Shown here: positions 42,530 through 52,517 of the stretch, in pieces
How the letters are laid out: every line of letters starts with the position of its first letter
Position numbering within the stretch: the first letter of the stretch is position 1
Notes under the pieces: generated by a model
Databases searched by the model: none
What the model was told of the DNA's origin: nothing
The model's input: only the letters and a program-made list of their open reading frames with translations
Assembly (NCBI GenBank): GCA_963813025.1
Contig: CAWEXO010000011.1
Location: 32,001 to 96,000 of the forward strand
Direction of reading: 5' to 3'
DNA length: 64,000 nucleotides
Origin: an uncultured Verrucomicrobiae bacterium
GTDB taxonomy: Bacteria; Verrucomicrobiota; Verrucomicrobiia; Chthoniobacterales; JAFAMB01
Made by a program: the position numbers and the translations under genes

Positions 42530-42632
42530 CCCGGATCCTCGCACGCTAAAGTCCGCGACGCTTCGGGGGGGTCAGTCCGTGTTATTGGACAGGGTTGTTG
42601 GCAAGATTTACGGGGTAACTGAGCGGTGCCTT

Positions 42633-44165
42633 TCACCACAAACTCCGATCAAGCGTCCGGTATTGTACCGCCTCGGAGAGGTGCTCGACATTGATCGATT
42701 CGCTATTGGCGAGGTCCGCAATCGTTCGCGCGACTTTGAGAATTCGATCGTAGGCGCGAGCGCTCAGGTTGAGCGAACTGACCGCCTGTCGCAAGAGGTC
42801 GAGACTAGCAGCGTCGACCGCACAATGCCGCCGGATGAGCCGAGGCGTCATCCGGCTGTTACAACTGATGCGCGGCTCGCGCGCCAATCGTTTTTGCTGG
42901 ATGCAGCGCGCTCGCGCAACGCGCGAACGAATGACTTCCGAATCTTCTTCCGGGTGCGCCGAGGTGAGTTCCTGGAAATCGATGTCGGGCACGTCGATAT
43001 GGATATCGATTCGGTCCAGCAATGGACCCGAGAGCCGGCTCCGATACTTCTGGACCTGTGTGGGCGCGCACCGGCACTCGCGACGGCTATCTCCGAAATG
43101 ACCGCACGGACAGGGATTCATCGCGGCAACAAGCATGAATTCGGCCGGGAAAGTCAGCGACCCGGCAGCGCGCGAGATCGTGACCCGCCCGTCTTCCAAA
43201 GGCTGGCGCATCACTTCGAGGGTCGATCGATGAAACTCGGGCAACTCATCCAGAAACAGGACGCCATGATGAGCCAGACTCACCTCGCCTGGGTTAGGAT
43301 GAGCCGAGCCTCCGAGCAGGCCCGCGTCCGAGATCGTGTGATGCGGGCTGCGAAAAGGTCGTTCGGTCACCAGACCCCTTCCGCTCTCAAGCAAACCGCA
43401 GATGCTGTGTACCTTGGTCGTCTCGATCGCTTCTTCCCGCGTCAGCGGAGGAAGGATGGAAGGAATACGCTTGGCGATCATTGACTTGCCGGAACCGGGC
43501 GGCCCGATCATGAGCAAATTATGAGCGCCCGCGGCCGCGATCTCGACCGCCCGCTTGACGTGCGGTTGACCGCGCACTTCCGCAAAATCGCACTCAGAAG
43601 GGCAGAGAGCGCCATTGACTTCCCGCGGCACCGCCGGTGTCAGCTCAACTTCACCACGCAGAAACTGGACGACCTCAGCCAGACAACTGGCCGGATAAAC
43701 GGTGACGCCGCGCACGATAGCCGCTTCCGCCGCGTTCTGGACGGGAACGACCATAGTTGGCCGGCCGCTGCGCCGCGCTTCGAGCGCCAAGGCCAGCACG
43801 CCTTTGATCGGTCGCAGTGCCCCCGAGAGCGCCAGCTCACCGGCGACAAAGAACGAATCGAGTGGCGGTAACCGGTTTTCCTCCTGAAGTTGCAGCATGG
43901 CCAGCGCGATCGGCAGATCGAAAATCGGACCTTCCTTGCGCAGATCAGCCGGTGCGAGATTAATGGTGAGGCGACGCCCGGAAGGCCAACGCAGACCGCT
44001 ATTACTGATAGCGGACGTGACGCGGTCGCGGCTCTCCTTGACTGCCGTATCGGGTAAACCCACAACGGCAATCCGATCGACATTCCCCCAGCCCGCATGG
44101 ACCTCAATTTCGACTTCGTGCGCATCGACGCCAACTACCGCCGCGGAATAAACCTTTGAGGCCAT
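42633..44165 (-). CDS. comM: YifB/ComM Mg-chelatase-like AAA ATPase
   Basis: [63 protein letters not shown]. Confidence 0.93.
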   Translation of the reverse strand: MASKVYSAAVVGVDAHEVEIEVHAGWGNVDRIAVVGLPDTAVKESRDRVTSAISNSGLRWPSGRRLTINLAPADLRKEGPIFDLPIALAMLQLQEENRLPPLDSFFVAGELALSGALRPIKGVLALALEARRSGRPTMVVPVQNAAEAAIVRGVTVYPASCLAEVVQFLRGEVELTPAVPREVNGALCPSECDFAEVRGQPHVKRAVEIAAAGAHNLLMIGPPGSGKSMIAKRIPSILPPLTREEAIETTKVHSICGLLESGRGLVTERPFRSPHHTISDAGLLGGSAHPNPGEVSLAHHGVLFLDELPEFHRSTLEVMRQPLEDGRVTISRAAGSLTFPAEFMLVAAMNPCPCGHFGDSRRECRCAPTQVQKYRSRLSGPLLDRIDIHIDVPDIDFQELTSAHPEEDSEVIRSRVARARCIQQKRLAREPRISCNSRMTPRLIRRHCAVDAASLDLLRQAVSSLNLSARAYDRILKVARTIADLANSESINVEHLSEAVQYRTLDRSLW

Positions 44166-44310
44166 GAACAGCCTGGAGAATGAATGTTCATTACTTTTAT
44201 TGCAAATGTTTTATACATTGTATGTACGCGTTTTAACGTGACGTGGAGCAACATTCGGCAGACCTAGGGCCGGTAGGGCAGTATCTGAGCAGGTCTGGCA
44301 AGGGAAAAAG

Positions 44311-45585
44311 TTAAAGTTTTTCACCGATTGGTGAGTGGCGTTTTTTGAGGACTTGGAGGTAGCGCTCTTCGTCATAAGGGGTGCGGTCCTGCCAGAGCCG
44401 GAAGATGACGCGGATCCATTTAAAGGCCAAGGCGCGCACGGCAGTGTGGTGGGACTTACCGCGGGCCATTTGCTCTTGATAATAGAGCTTGGCCCATTGG
44501 GAATAAGGAATGGAATGAGCCGCGAATTCGTGGAAGCTCTGGCACAGGAATTTGGAGCGAAAGCGCCGCCGCTGGACGCTTTTGGTTTGCCCACTGCGCA
44601 CTTGGACCGGAGCGATTCCGCTTTTTTTCTGTACCTCCAGGGCTTCGGCAAAAGCCTGCCGATTGGAGCCAAAAGCCACCAACAAGCGCGGGGCTAATTG
44701 CGGGCCGGCTCCGGGCAGACTTTCAAAAATGTGCCGATCGGGATGTTTGGCAAACAGAGTGTGGATGGCTTTGTCAAAAGCCTTGATGGAATCTCGCAGC
44801 GGCAACAATTGACTGACCAAACACTTGCAACTCAGCACGGAGGGCTCCAGCAGAGAACGATCCTCGGTGACGGTTTGGGCCCGAGCGATCTTTTCCAGCC
44901 GCTCCTCAATCAAGCTTTGGCTCCGGCTGTGGTGTTGATAGAAAAAGGAGCGCAGGGTCTGGGACTTGGCTTTTTTTAAACTCTGCAGGGTCGGCCAGCG
45001 TTTCAAAAAATGTAGTGCCAGGGTCGTGTCCAGATCGTCGAGGACCTCCAGGGCCAGCGGATAGTAGACTTTGAGTAAGCTGGTGAGTTGGTTTTCGCAC
45101 ACCACGGAGGCCTCGACGGCTTTGCGTCGGTGCTGACCGAGCAAATCCAGTTCCCGCACTACCGGCTCCGGGGGTTGATAAAGCCGGAGCCGATCCCGAT
45201 GGTGATCAACGAGCTCTTCGATCAATTGGCTGTCGAGGGGGTCATCCTTGGCGCCACTGGTAAAGAAGACCTTGCGGTATTCGCTTAAACTCAAAGGATT
45301 GAGCGGATAGAGGTCGATCCAGTCTCCCTGGGTGCGAAGCATTTCAAAGAGTGCTCCCCGATTTTGTTCAAAACCAATGGCCACCCGCCCCTGCGGACCA
45401 GCCAAGCTTTTGAGCTCTTCGAGCCAGGTCCGAACCGAAACGGGATCGGCGCCCAGCTGGAATGTCCGGCATCCTCCCTCCGGACCAGAGCGTTGACAGA
45501 CAGCGTGTTCTTTATCAGCCCAATCGATTCCCACGCTGACCATATAATGGGGATCTGGGACCGGAAACGGATTTGATCGGTTCAT
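44311..45585 (-). CDS. IS110-family DEDD recombinase/transposase
   Basis: GIDW, FEQ, KDDPLD RuvC-like DEDD; LPGAGP, GIAPVQVRSG (catalytic Ser) C-domain; AGGAG RBS. Confidence 0.95.
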   Translation of the reverse strand: MNRSNPFPVPDPHYMVSVGIDWADKEHAVCQRSGPEGGCRTFQLGADPVSVRTWLEELKSLAGPQGRVAIGFEQNRGALFEMLRTQGDWIDLYPLNPLSLSEYRKVFFTSGAKDDPLDSQLIEELVDHHRDRLRLYQPPEPVVRELDLLGQHRRKAVEASVVCENQLTSLLKVYYPLALEVLDDLDTTLALHFLKRWPTLQSLKKAKSQTLRSFFYQHHSRSQSLIEERLEKIARAQTVTEDRSLLEPSVLSCKCLVSQLLPLRDSIKAFDKAIHTLFAKHPDRHIFESLPGAGPQLAPRLLVAFGSNRQAFAEALEVQKKSGIAPVQVRSGQTKSVQRRRFRSKFLCQSFHEFAAHSIPYSQWAKLYYQEQMARGKSHHTAVRALAFKWIRVIFRLWQDRTPYDEERYLQVLKKRHSPIGEKL

Positions 45586-45618
45586 GCTTGCTCCTTTTTT
45601 CTGGTTTTACCCAGCGCG

Positions 45619-45951
45619 AAAAAAGCCGCTTGGCTTTGGCCGTCCGAAATCCGTATAGTTAAGTCGTCGAAGTGTGAAGTGCTCGACCTCAACTAGAGTA
45701 TTCGTTGTGACGAATCAAAGCGCGACCGGCTGGCTCGAAACTCTGCCCTAAAGATCTCGCGGACCCGAAAATCCTATTCGTAGCCAGCCGGCGCGTCCTT
45801 CTTCGCGTGGGCAGCGCGGGATTTTGCCCGACTGCCCTTGGCAATGAAAACCCTTTCTTTTTTCCAAAGCTTTCTTTTCTCCGGGCGGAGTTATTCACAA
45901 GCTGGAGCTCCGACCGGTAGGGCCTCCGACCACAGCTTGCTGAATAACTCC
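45619..45951 (-). ncRNA. Predicted bridge RNA of IS110 copy 1
   Basis: Target-binding loop 45720-45795 with guides at 45766-45772 and 45745-45750; donor-binding loop with guides at 45697-45701 and 45653-45658; terminator-like hairpin 45619-45637; RNA ends inferred. Confidence 0.8.
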
Positions 45952-46408
45952 GGACTTGCTATACGGACTTGCTATACGAAAATTCATTCGAGCCTTGAAC
46001 TTGTTTGAGCCGGGGGTGCAAGTGGCAGCCTGGGTCGTTCCGTCACCGGATTCGCGCCCACGATAGCCCGGAAGCAAGGTACCAATATATGTCGCGAACC
46101 CGGTAAGGGCCGGCTTGAGCGACGCTGTGGCTCATTGGCCATTCCAAGGCGAGGTGACCCCATTTGCTGATTGGTGGTGACGACAAATTCACGGAGATAA
46201 TCTCGAAACCGCCGATCGCCGGATGCGAGCCTTAGCGAAAGCTTATTTGAGGCGTCCCAATTGTGGCGATTCCAATTTCAGATCCCCGAATTCGGTGCCG
46301 TACGACAAAGTTTCCAAGATTGGTCGACATCAATTCATCGGGCGAACGCTTCGCCAGATGATATAAAGTCCAAAACGCCGGGCAGCCTCGAACAGTGGAG
46401 TATCCGGC

Positions 46409-46975
46409 ATGCAAGCGTACGATCTACTTCATCCAGACCAGGCCACACCGTTCGAGGGGAGAGATGTTTTCGACCGGCGAGGCAAAAAGATCGGAGTTGT
46501 GGCGGCTCACTGGTTCAATCCGAGTACCGACCAAGTTGAGTTCCTCGGTGTTCGGCCAGGTCTACTGTTTGGCGGTTGCCATTTGGTTCCGGCACGGAGC
46601 GCATCAATCGATCCAGCCGACGACCGCGTCCACCTCGGCGTGGACGAAGAGATTGTCCTGAAGGCGCCGACTGCCATCCCGCACCAAGGTTTGGCTGAGG
46701 TTGAAAAAGAGGAAGTAAATGCCTATTACCACGAGTTTGTGCCCGTCGAGCGAGTGACTGATATCGCGGAAGTCCGTCCCGAAGAGGCGCTGAAGCCGCC
46801 ACCAGTGACAACCCCACCTCCGGGTAAGCTGGAAAACCAGTTTATTCCCAGCGAGCATACCGCCGTTGAAGAAGGGCTGCCGGCAGATGAGCTGACGGAG
46901 GAACGCCTCGAAAGCGGCCCGCAACCCGTGAAAGAACCGAACCCCAATGATCAACAGATTACCAAAAATTCTTAG
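46409..46975 (+). CDS. PRC-barrel domain protein
   Basis: G.DVFD..GKKIG.V motif, LVPA, AP, YY; GGAG RBS. Confidence 0.75.
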   Translation: MQAYDLLHPDQATPFEGRDVFDRRGKKIGVVAAHWFNPSTDQVEFLGVRPGLLFGGCHLVPARSASIDPADDRVHLGVDEEIVLKAPTAIPHQGLAEVEKEEVNAYYHEFVPVERVTDIAEVRPEEALKPPPVTTPPPGKLENQFIPSEHTAVEEGLPADELTEERLESGPQPVKEPNPNDQQITKNS

Positions 46976-47312
46976 CGTCCTGCTCCTCCTGTTCGGCACG
47001 GGCCTGGCGGTGGCTGCGTTCGAGTTGTCCATCCCAACCGTGATCGCGCAAACCACTCGGCATAGCCATCGAGCCACTCGGATCACCCAAAAACAAGCTG
47101 AACAAATCGCTCTCAGCAAAGTTCCCGGAGGCAAGATTCGAAGTTCCGAGCTGACCGGCGCCGGCCGGCAGCGCTTTTGGGCGGTGTTCGTGCTGAAACC
47201 GAACTCGAAAAACGCGAAGGAAATTCACGTTGACGCGCGATCCGGCCAAGTGCTGAAGTCGCAAACCGAAAAGCCGGAGGACCAGGCAGAAGAACCCGCG
47301 AAGACTCGCTAA
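46947..47312 (+). CDS. PepSY domain secreted protein
   Basis: Signal peptide; ITQKQAEQIALSKVPGG; EIHVDARSGQVL. Confidence 0.8.
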   Translation: MINRLPKILSVLLLLFGTGLAVAAFELSIPTVIAQTTRHSHRATRITQKQAEQIALSKVPGGKIRSSELTGAGRQRFWAVFVLKPNSKNAKEIHVDARSGQVLKSQTEKPEDQAEEPAKTR

Positions 47313-47356
47313 ACGGATAGCCAATAGCCGGATAGCCGATAGCCCCGGATTTGCTG

Positions 47357-48367
47357 ATGAGGTTTGTGGATTATGGATCCGGTGGCGGGCCGGACGCGAT
47401 GGTCCTGGCCGAAATGCCTGTACCTAAGCCGCAAGCAGGGCAGGTGTTAATCGAGGTGGCGTTCGCGGGGGTCAACCGACCGGACACTTTTCAGCGTGCC
47501 GGAAGCTATCCGCCGCCACCAGGAGCGTCGCCGATCCTTGGTCTGGAGGTATCCGGGAAGGTCGTGGACAAAGGTTCCCAGGTGACCTCATGGGACTTCG
47601 GGGACCAAGTCTGCGCACTGGTCGCTGGCGGCGGCTATGCGGAGTTTTGCGTCGCCGACGCCAGGCACTGCCTTCCGGTTCCTGCGGGCCTGAACTTAGC
47701 GGAGGCAGCGGCGCTTCCGGAAAACCTGTTTACGGTTTGGACCAACCTGGTTGATCGGGGCCGCTTGGCGCTGGAAGAAACGGTGCTGATTCATGGCGGC
47801 TCAAGCGGCATCGGATACCAGGCAATTCAATTGTCCAAAAACCGCGGAGCCAAGGTCTTCGCTACCGTGGGCACCCCGGAAAAAGCCAGGTTCTGCCGCG
47901 ACCTCGGCGCCGATTTACTGATCAATTACCAATCCGAAGACTTTGTGCAGGAAACCATGCGCGCGACGGATAACGAGGGCGTCGATATCGTGCTCGACAT
48001 GGTTGGTGGAGATTACATCCGGCGAAATATCCAGATCCTGAAGCTGGAAGGTCGGCTGGTGCAAATCGCGTTTCTCAAGGGCAGCATGGTCGCCGGCCTG
48101 GATTTCCGGCCAATCATGACTCGGCGCTTGACGATAACCGGGTCGACCCTTCGGCCGTTACCGGCGGAACGAAAGGCGGCCATCGCGTCCAATCTGCGGC
48201 AGCACGTCTGGCCGCTCCTGGAGCAAGGCAAGATCCGGGTTTGGATCGATCACGAATTTCCTCTGACACAGGTACAGGAAGCCCATCGTCTGATGGAGAG
48301 TGGCCAACACATGGGGAAAATCGTGCTCAGGGTGGGATGGGGTCAGTGCCAGTGCCAGTGTCGGTAG
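47357..48367 (+). CDS. NAD(P)H-quinone oxidoreductase (zeta-crystallin/PIG3 family)
   Basis: AGVNRPD, GGGYAE, HGGSSGIG, ITGSTLR, HMGKIVL. Confidence 0.92.
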   Translation: MRFVDYGSGGGPDAMVLAEMPVPKPQAGQVLIEVAFAGVNRPDTFQRAGSYPPPPGASPILGLEVSGKVVDKGSQVTSWDFGDQVCALVAGGGYAEFCVADARHCLPVPAGLNLAEAAALPENLFTVWTNLVDRGRLALEETVLIHGGSSGIGYQAIQLSKNRGAKVFATVGTPEKARFCRDLGADLLINYQSEDFVQETMRATDNEGVDIVLDMVGGDYIRRNIQILKLEGRLVQIAFLKGSMVAGLDFRPIMTRRLTITGSTLRPLPAERKAAIASNLRQHVWPLLEQGKIRVWIDHEFPLTQVQEAHRLMESGQHMGKIVLRVGWGQCQCQCR

Positions 48368-48495
48368 GGCGAGAATTTATTCGAGCCTTCGGCGAAGACT
48401 CCTTCGAGCCTGGCGCAGGAGTTGCCACCCGCTCCAGGCGGCTCCGCCTTCGCCAAGGCTATGGCGGACACGTTAAACGGGTTTTCGCCTACCGG
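48362..48495. repeat. Family B repeat copy
   Basis: cggtagggcgagaatttattcgagcc...ttttcgcctaccgg. Confidence 0.8.
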
Positions 48496-48882
48496 CGCAG
48501 GACCATGGCAGTGGCCCCTGATAATCGCTTGACAAGCCGATTTTTATGGTGCTTTGTAGGGGTTCTGCCAAATTTGTGGCGATTTGCGTCGATTTCTAGG
48601 AGAAATCTGCCAGTCTGGGGCGAACTAGCAGGGGGATGGGGATGGCAGAGTGCGTAACCCCCAGACCTGCTGCCGGCTAACAGTCCCGGGGTGCGGCAGC
48701 GGGAGTGCTGTTGCGGCGGCCGTGCACGGGGAAGGGTGGCGGAGGATATTTTAGAAAAATACGTTGAACGCTGCATTGAGCAACGGTGTCAAAGCACAGG
48801 TTGCTTAAGGTAGTTAACCTTTTTGGGTGGGAAACGACGGGATTTCCCAGAAAACAACTGGTCGGTCTACAACAATACACGT

Positions 48883-49737
48883 ATGGCAGGTGAAGATTCA
48901 GATACGGGCATCAAGATTTACCTTCGGGAAATCGGGCAGATTGCACTGCTGACTCCCCAAGAGGAGATTGAGCTGGCCGCACGAATCAAGAAGGGCGATC
49001 GCGAAGCGCGCGCTCTGATGATCAAGGCTAATCTCCGTTTGGTCGTTAAAATAGCCCACGACTACGCAAATTTGGGGTTGCCTCTGCTGGACCTTATCTC
49101 AGAGGGCAATATCGGCCTGATGAAGGCGGTCGAGCGGTTTGACCCGGCAAAAGGTGGTAAACTTAGCACCTACGCCGCCTGGTGGATTAAACAATCCATC
49201 AAACGAGCCTTGGCAAATCAAAGTAAAACGATTCGGCTCCCGGTGCATTTGGTCGATAAGATCTCGAAAATGCGGCGCGTGTCGTTGCAGATGAGCGAGG
49301 AACTCGGACGCGAACCGACCGATGAGGAGCTGGCCGAAGAAATCGGTATCTCCAGCGGAAAAGTTTCCCAGCTTAAGACGGTCTCGATCCGTCCAGCTTC
49401 CTTGGATGCACCGATCAGTGACGATGATTCGACTGAATTTGGTGAAATCGTCGGAGACGAAGAGGCCCAAACGCCTTTCGAACTCTTGCGAGACAAGAAT
49501 CTCCGCGACGAGGTCAGCGATTTGCTCGAAGTGCTCGACGACCGCGAACGGAAGATCATCTTCCAGCGGTTCGGGCTGGATGGCGGCAAGCCAAAGACCT
49601 TGGAGGAAGTAGGAAAAAAATTTGGCGTGACCCGGGAGAGAATCCGGCAGCTGCAAAATATTGCCTTGGCCAAATTGCGTCGGGCTCTTGGAAAAAAAGA
49701 GAGACCGATCGATGTTTTGCAAGAAGCAATGTCGTAA
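48883..49737 (+). CDS. RNA polymerase sigma70 factor, RpoD/RpoS-like (regions 1.2-4, no region 1.1)
   Basis: YLREIG..LLT.EE, NLRLVVKIA, GNIGLMKAVERFD, STYAAWWIKQ, TLEEVG..GVTRERIRQ. Confidence 0.93.
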   Translation: MAGEDSDTGIKIYLREIGQIALLTPQEEIELAARIKKGDREARALMIKANLRLVVKIAHDYANLGLPLLDLISEGNIGLMKAVERFDPAKGGKLSTYAAWWIKQSIKRALANQSKTIRLPVHLVDKISKMRRVSLQMSEELGREPTDEELAEEIGISSGKVSQLKTVSIRPASLDAPISDDDSTEFGEIVGDEEAQTPFELLRDKNLRDEVSDLLEVLDDRERKIIFQRFGLDGGKPKTLEEVGKKFGVTRERIRQLQNIALAKLRRALGKKERPIDVLQEAMS

Positions 49738-49767
49738 ACTGGTTGACTCCTTGTCGAGCGAGTTTCC

Positions 49768-49797
49768 AAAAGGGCCGTCCTGCTGGGCGGCCTTTTT
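49768..49797 (+). terminator. Intrinsic terminator
   Basis: aaaagggccgtcc-tgct-gggcggccttttt hairpin with T tract. Confidence 0.7.
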
Positions 49798-49841
49798 CTT
49801 GAGGAAAGGCAACGCCGAGTTATTCTTCCCTCCACACTTCT

Positions 49842-50576
49842 ATGAGAACTGGTAATCCGATTTTGACCGATTCGACCTTCGAAGCCGGCGGGCGCGCAAC
49901 CGAAACGATGACTTTAAGCGGGGTGATCAACCGCTCGTTGATTTTGCTGTTGCTCGTAGTTTTGTCCTCCATCGCGACTTGGAACGTGGCTGGCGCGCAC
50001 CCTTCGCTGGCCTATACCGCGTCGATCTTCGGCGCACTCGGGGGCCTGGTCGTGGGCGTGATTACGTCATTCAAGAAATCCTGGGCTGCAGTGACCTCCC
50101 CAGTCTACGCGGTGTTGCAAGGTTTCTTTATAGGCGCCATCTCCTGGTCGCTCGAGAGGCGGTTCCCTGGAATCGCGGTCCAATCGGTTTGCCTCACTTT
50201 TGCGGTGATGTTCGCTTTACTTGGTGCTTATCAGACCGGTTTGATTCGGCCGTCGCAAACCTTTCGTTCTATCATCGTTGGCGCGACGGGGGGAATTCTC
50301 GTGGTCTATTTGGTCAACATGGTTGCGGGTTTATTCTTTCACCGTCCCCTTTCTTTCATCACGGGAACGGGCCCGCTGGCTATCGGGTTTTCGGTCCTGG
50401 TGGTCGGCATTGCCGCGCTCAATCTCGTCCTCGATTTCGACTTTATTGCGACTGGCGTGGCGAATGGAGCGCCGAAAAGCCTCGAGTGGTTTGCCGCTTT
50501 CGGACTGACGGTTACGCTCGTTTGGCTCTACATCGAGATTTTGCGTTTGCTGGCCAAAATCCGCAGCAACGATTAG
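49842..50576 (+). CDS. Bax inhibitor-1/YccA family membrane protein
   Basis: MRTGNP, MT..G, seven TM segments, LVLDFDFI..G..GAPK..EW..AFGL.VTLVWLYIEILRLL. Confidence 0.85.
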   Translation: MRTGNPILTDSTFEAGGRATETMTLSGVINRSLILLLLVVLSSIATWNVAGAHPSLAYTASIFGALGGLVVGVITSFKKSWAAVTSPVYAVLQGFFIGAISWSLERRFPGIAVQSVCLTFAVMFALLGAYQTGLIRPSQTFRSIIVGATGGILVVYLVNMVAGLFFHRPLSFITGTGPLAIGFSVLVVGIAALNLVLDFDFIATGVANGAPKSLEWFAAFGLTVTLVWLYIEILRLLAKIRSND

Positions 50577-50876
50577 CGTGCATCGCTGATCGGGCCTAAG
50601 GGCTCTGTCGGACTCTGATCCTGTCCCGAAGGGGTCTGAGATGGTCTGTCGAGTCTTTTGGGGTGGAGTTATTCACTGCGCGAAGGGTAGGGCGATCCGC
50701 CTTGGCGGACGAGCGCCAGGCGCGAACTTGTTTGAGCCGTCCTGGGCGCGGCATATCCCAGGGCAGGGCTGGAACGAGTCTTCGCTGAAGGACTCAGATG
50801 AAGAGATTATGTCATAACGTGTCTCTGACCCTGTTGGGGTAGGGCAGTATCTGAGCAGGTCTGGCAAGGGAAAAAG

Positions 50877-52151
50877 TTAAAGTTTTTCACCGATTGGTGA
50901 GTGGCGTTTTTTGAGGACTTGGAGGTAGCGCTCTTCGTCATAAGGGGTGCGGTCCTGCCAGAGCCGGAAGATGACGCGGATCCATTTAAAGGCCAAGGCG
51001 CGCACGGCAGTGTGGTGGGACTTACCGCGGGCCATTTGCTCTTGATAATAGAGCTTGGCCCATTGGGAATAAGGAATGGAATGAGCCGCGAATTCGTGGA
51101 AGCTCTGGCACAGGAATTTGGAGCGAAAGCGCCGCCGCTGGACGCTTTTGGTTTGCCCACTGCGCACTTGGACCGGAGCGATTCCGCTTTTTTTCTGTAC
51201 CTCCAGGGCTTGGGCAAAAGCCTGCCGATTGGAGCCAAAAGCCACCAACAAGCGCGGGGCTAATTGCGGGCCGGCTCCGGGCAGACTTTCAAAAATGTGC
51301 CGATCGGGATGTTTGGCAAACAGAGTGTGGATGGCTTTGTCAAAAGCCTTGATGGAATCTCGCAGCGGCAACAATTGACTGACCAAACACTTGCAACTCA
51401 GCACGGAGGGCTCCAGCAGAGAACGATCCTCGGTGACGGTTTGGGCCCGAGCGATCTTTTCCAGCCGCTCCTCAATCAAGCTTTGGCTCCGGCTGTGGTG
51501 TTGATAGAAAAAGGAGCGCAGGGTCTGGGACTTGGCTTTTTTTAAACTCTGCAGGGTCGGCCAGCGTTTCAAAAAATGTAGTGCCAGGGTCGTGTCCAGA
51601 TCGTCGAGGACCTCCAGGGCCAGCGGATAGTAGACTTTGAGTAAGCTGGTGAGTTGGTTTTCGCACACCACGGAGGCCTCGACGGCTTTGCGTCGGTGCT
51701 GACCGAGCAAATCCAGTTCCCGCACTACCGGCTCCGGGGGTTGATAAAGCCGGAGCCGATCCCGATGGTGATCAACGAGCTCTTCGATCAATTGGCTGTC
51801 GAGGGGGTCATCCTTGGCGCCACTAGTAAAGAAGACCTTGCGGTATTCGCTTAAACTCAAAGGATTGAGCGGATAGAGGTCGATCCAGTCTCCCTGGGTG
51901 CGAAGCATTTCAAAGAGTGCTCCCCGATTTTGTTCAAAACCAATGGCCACCCGCCCCTGCGGACCAGCCAAGCTTTTGAGCTCTTCGAGCCAGGTCCGAA
52001 CCGAAACGGGATCGGCGCCCAGCTGGAATGTCCGGCATCCTCCCTCCGGACCAGAGCGTTGACAGACAGCGTGTTCTTTATCAGCCCAATCGATTCCCAC
52101 GCTGACCATATAATGGGGATCTGGGACCGGAAACGGATTTGATCGGTTCAT
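50877..52151 (-). CDS. IS110-family DEDD recombinase/transposase
   Basis: Same as copy 1 except E/Q at AFA[E/Q]ALE. Confidence 0.95.
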   Translation of the reverse strand: MNRSNPFPVPDPHYMVSVGIDWADKEHAVCQRSGPEGGCRTFQLGADPVSVRTWLEELKSLAGPQGRVAIGFEQNRGALFEMLRTQGDWIDLYPLNPLSLSEYRKVFFTSGAKDDPLDSQLIEELVDHHRDRLRLYQPPEPVVRELDLLGQHRRKAVEASVVCENQLTSLLKVYYPLALEVLDDLDTTLALHFLKRWPTLQSLKKAKSQTLRSFFYQHHSRSQSLIEERLEKIARAQTVTEDRSLLEPSVLSCKCLVSQLLPLRDSIKAFDKAIHTLFAKHPDRHIFESLPGAGPQLAPRLLVAFGSNRQAFAQALEVQKKSGIAPVQVRSGQTKSVQRRRFRSKFLCQSFHEFAAHSIPYSQWAKLYYQEQMARGKSHHTAVRALAFKWIRVIFRLWQDRTPYDEERYLQVLKKRHSPIGEKL

Positions 52152-52184
52152 GCTTGCTCCTTTTTTCTGGTTTTACCCAGCGCG

Positions 52185-52517
52185 AAAAAAGCCGCTTGGC
52201 TTTGGCCGTCCGAAATCCGTATAGTTAAGTCGTCGAAGTGTGAAGTGCTCGACCTCAACTAGAGTATTCGTTGTGACGAATCAAAGCGCGACCGGCTGGC
52301 TCGAAACTCTGCCCTAAAGATCTCGCGGACCCGAAAATCCTATTCGTAGCCAGCCGGCGCGTCCTTCTTCGCGTGGGCAGCGCGGGATTTTGCCCGACTG
52401 CCCTTGGCAATGAAAACCCTTTCTTTTTTCCAAAGCTTTCTTTTCTCCGGGCGGAGTTATTCACAAGCTGGAGCTCCGACCGGTAGGGCCTCCGACCACA
52501 GCTTGCTGAATAACTCC
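52185..52517 (-). ncRNA. Predicted bridge RNA of IS110 copy 2
   Basis: Target-binding loop 52286-52361, donor-binding loop 52206-52280, terminator-like hairpin 52185-52203; RNA ends inferred. Confidence 0.8.

Larger units (their letters stand above)
44280..45977 (-). mobile_element. IS110-family insertion sequence, copy 1 (with 13-bp terminal duplication)
   Basis: Ends defined by identity with copy 2 and by the split target cggtagggc|gaaaattcattcgagcc; no TIR and no TSD. Confidence 0.93.

Noticed and set aside
44163..44191. Possible verrucomicrobial LexA box upstream of comM
   Set aside because: GAACA and TGTTC are in the wrong order and spaced 14 nt, not TGTTC-N4-GAACA
45689..45898. 69-aa ORF upstream of the IS110 transposase (also 52255-52464)
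   Set aside because: No recognisable motif; overlaps the structured RNA, which explains the sequence better
48500..48880. Structured ncRNA in the long leader of the sigma factor gene
   Set aside because: No recognisable family motif; TTGACA at 48529 lacks a convincing -10
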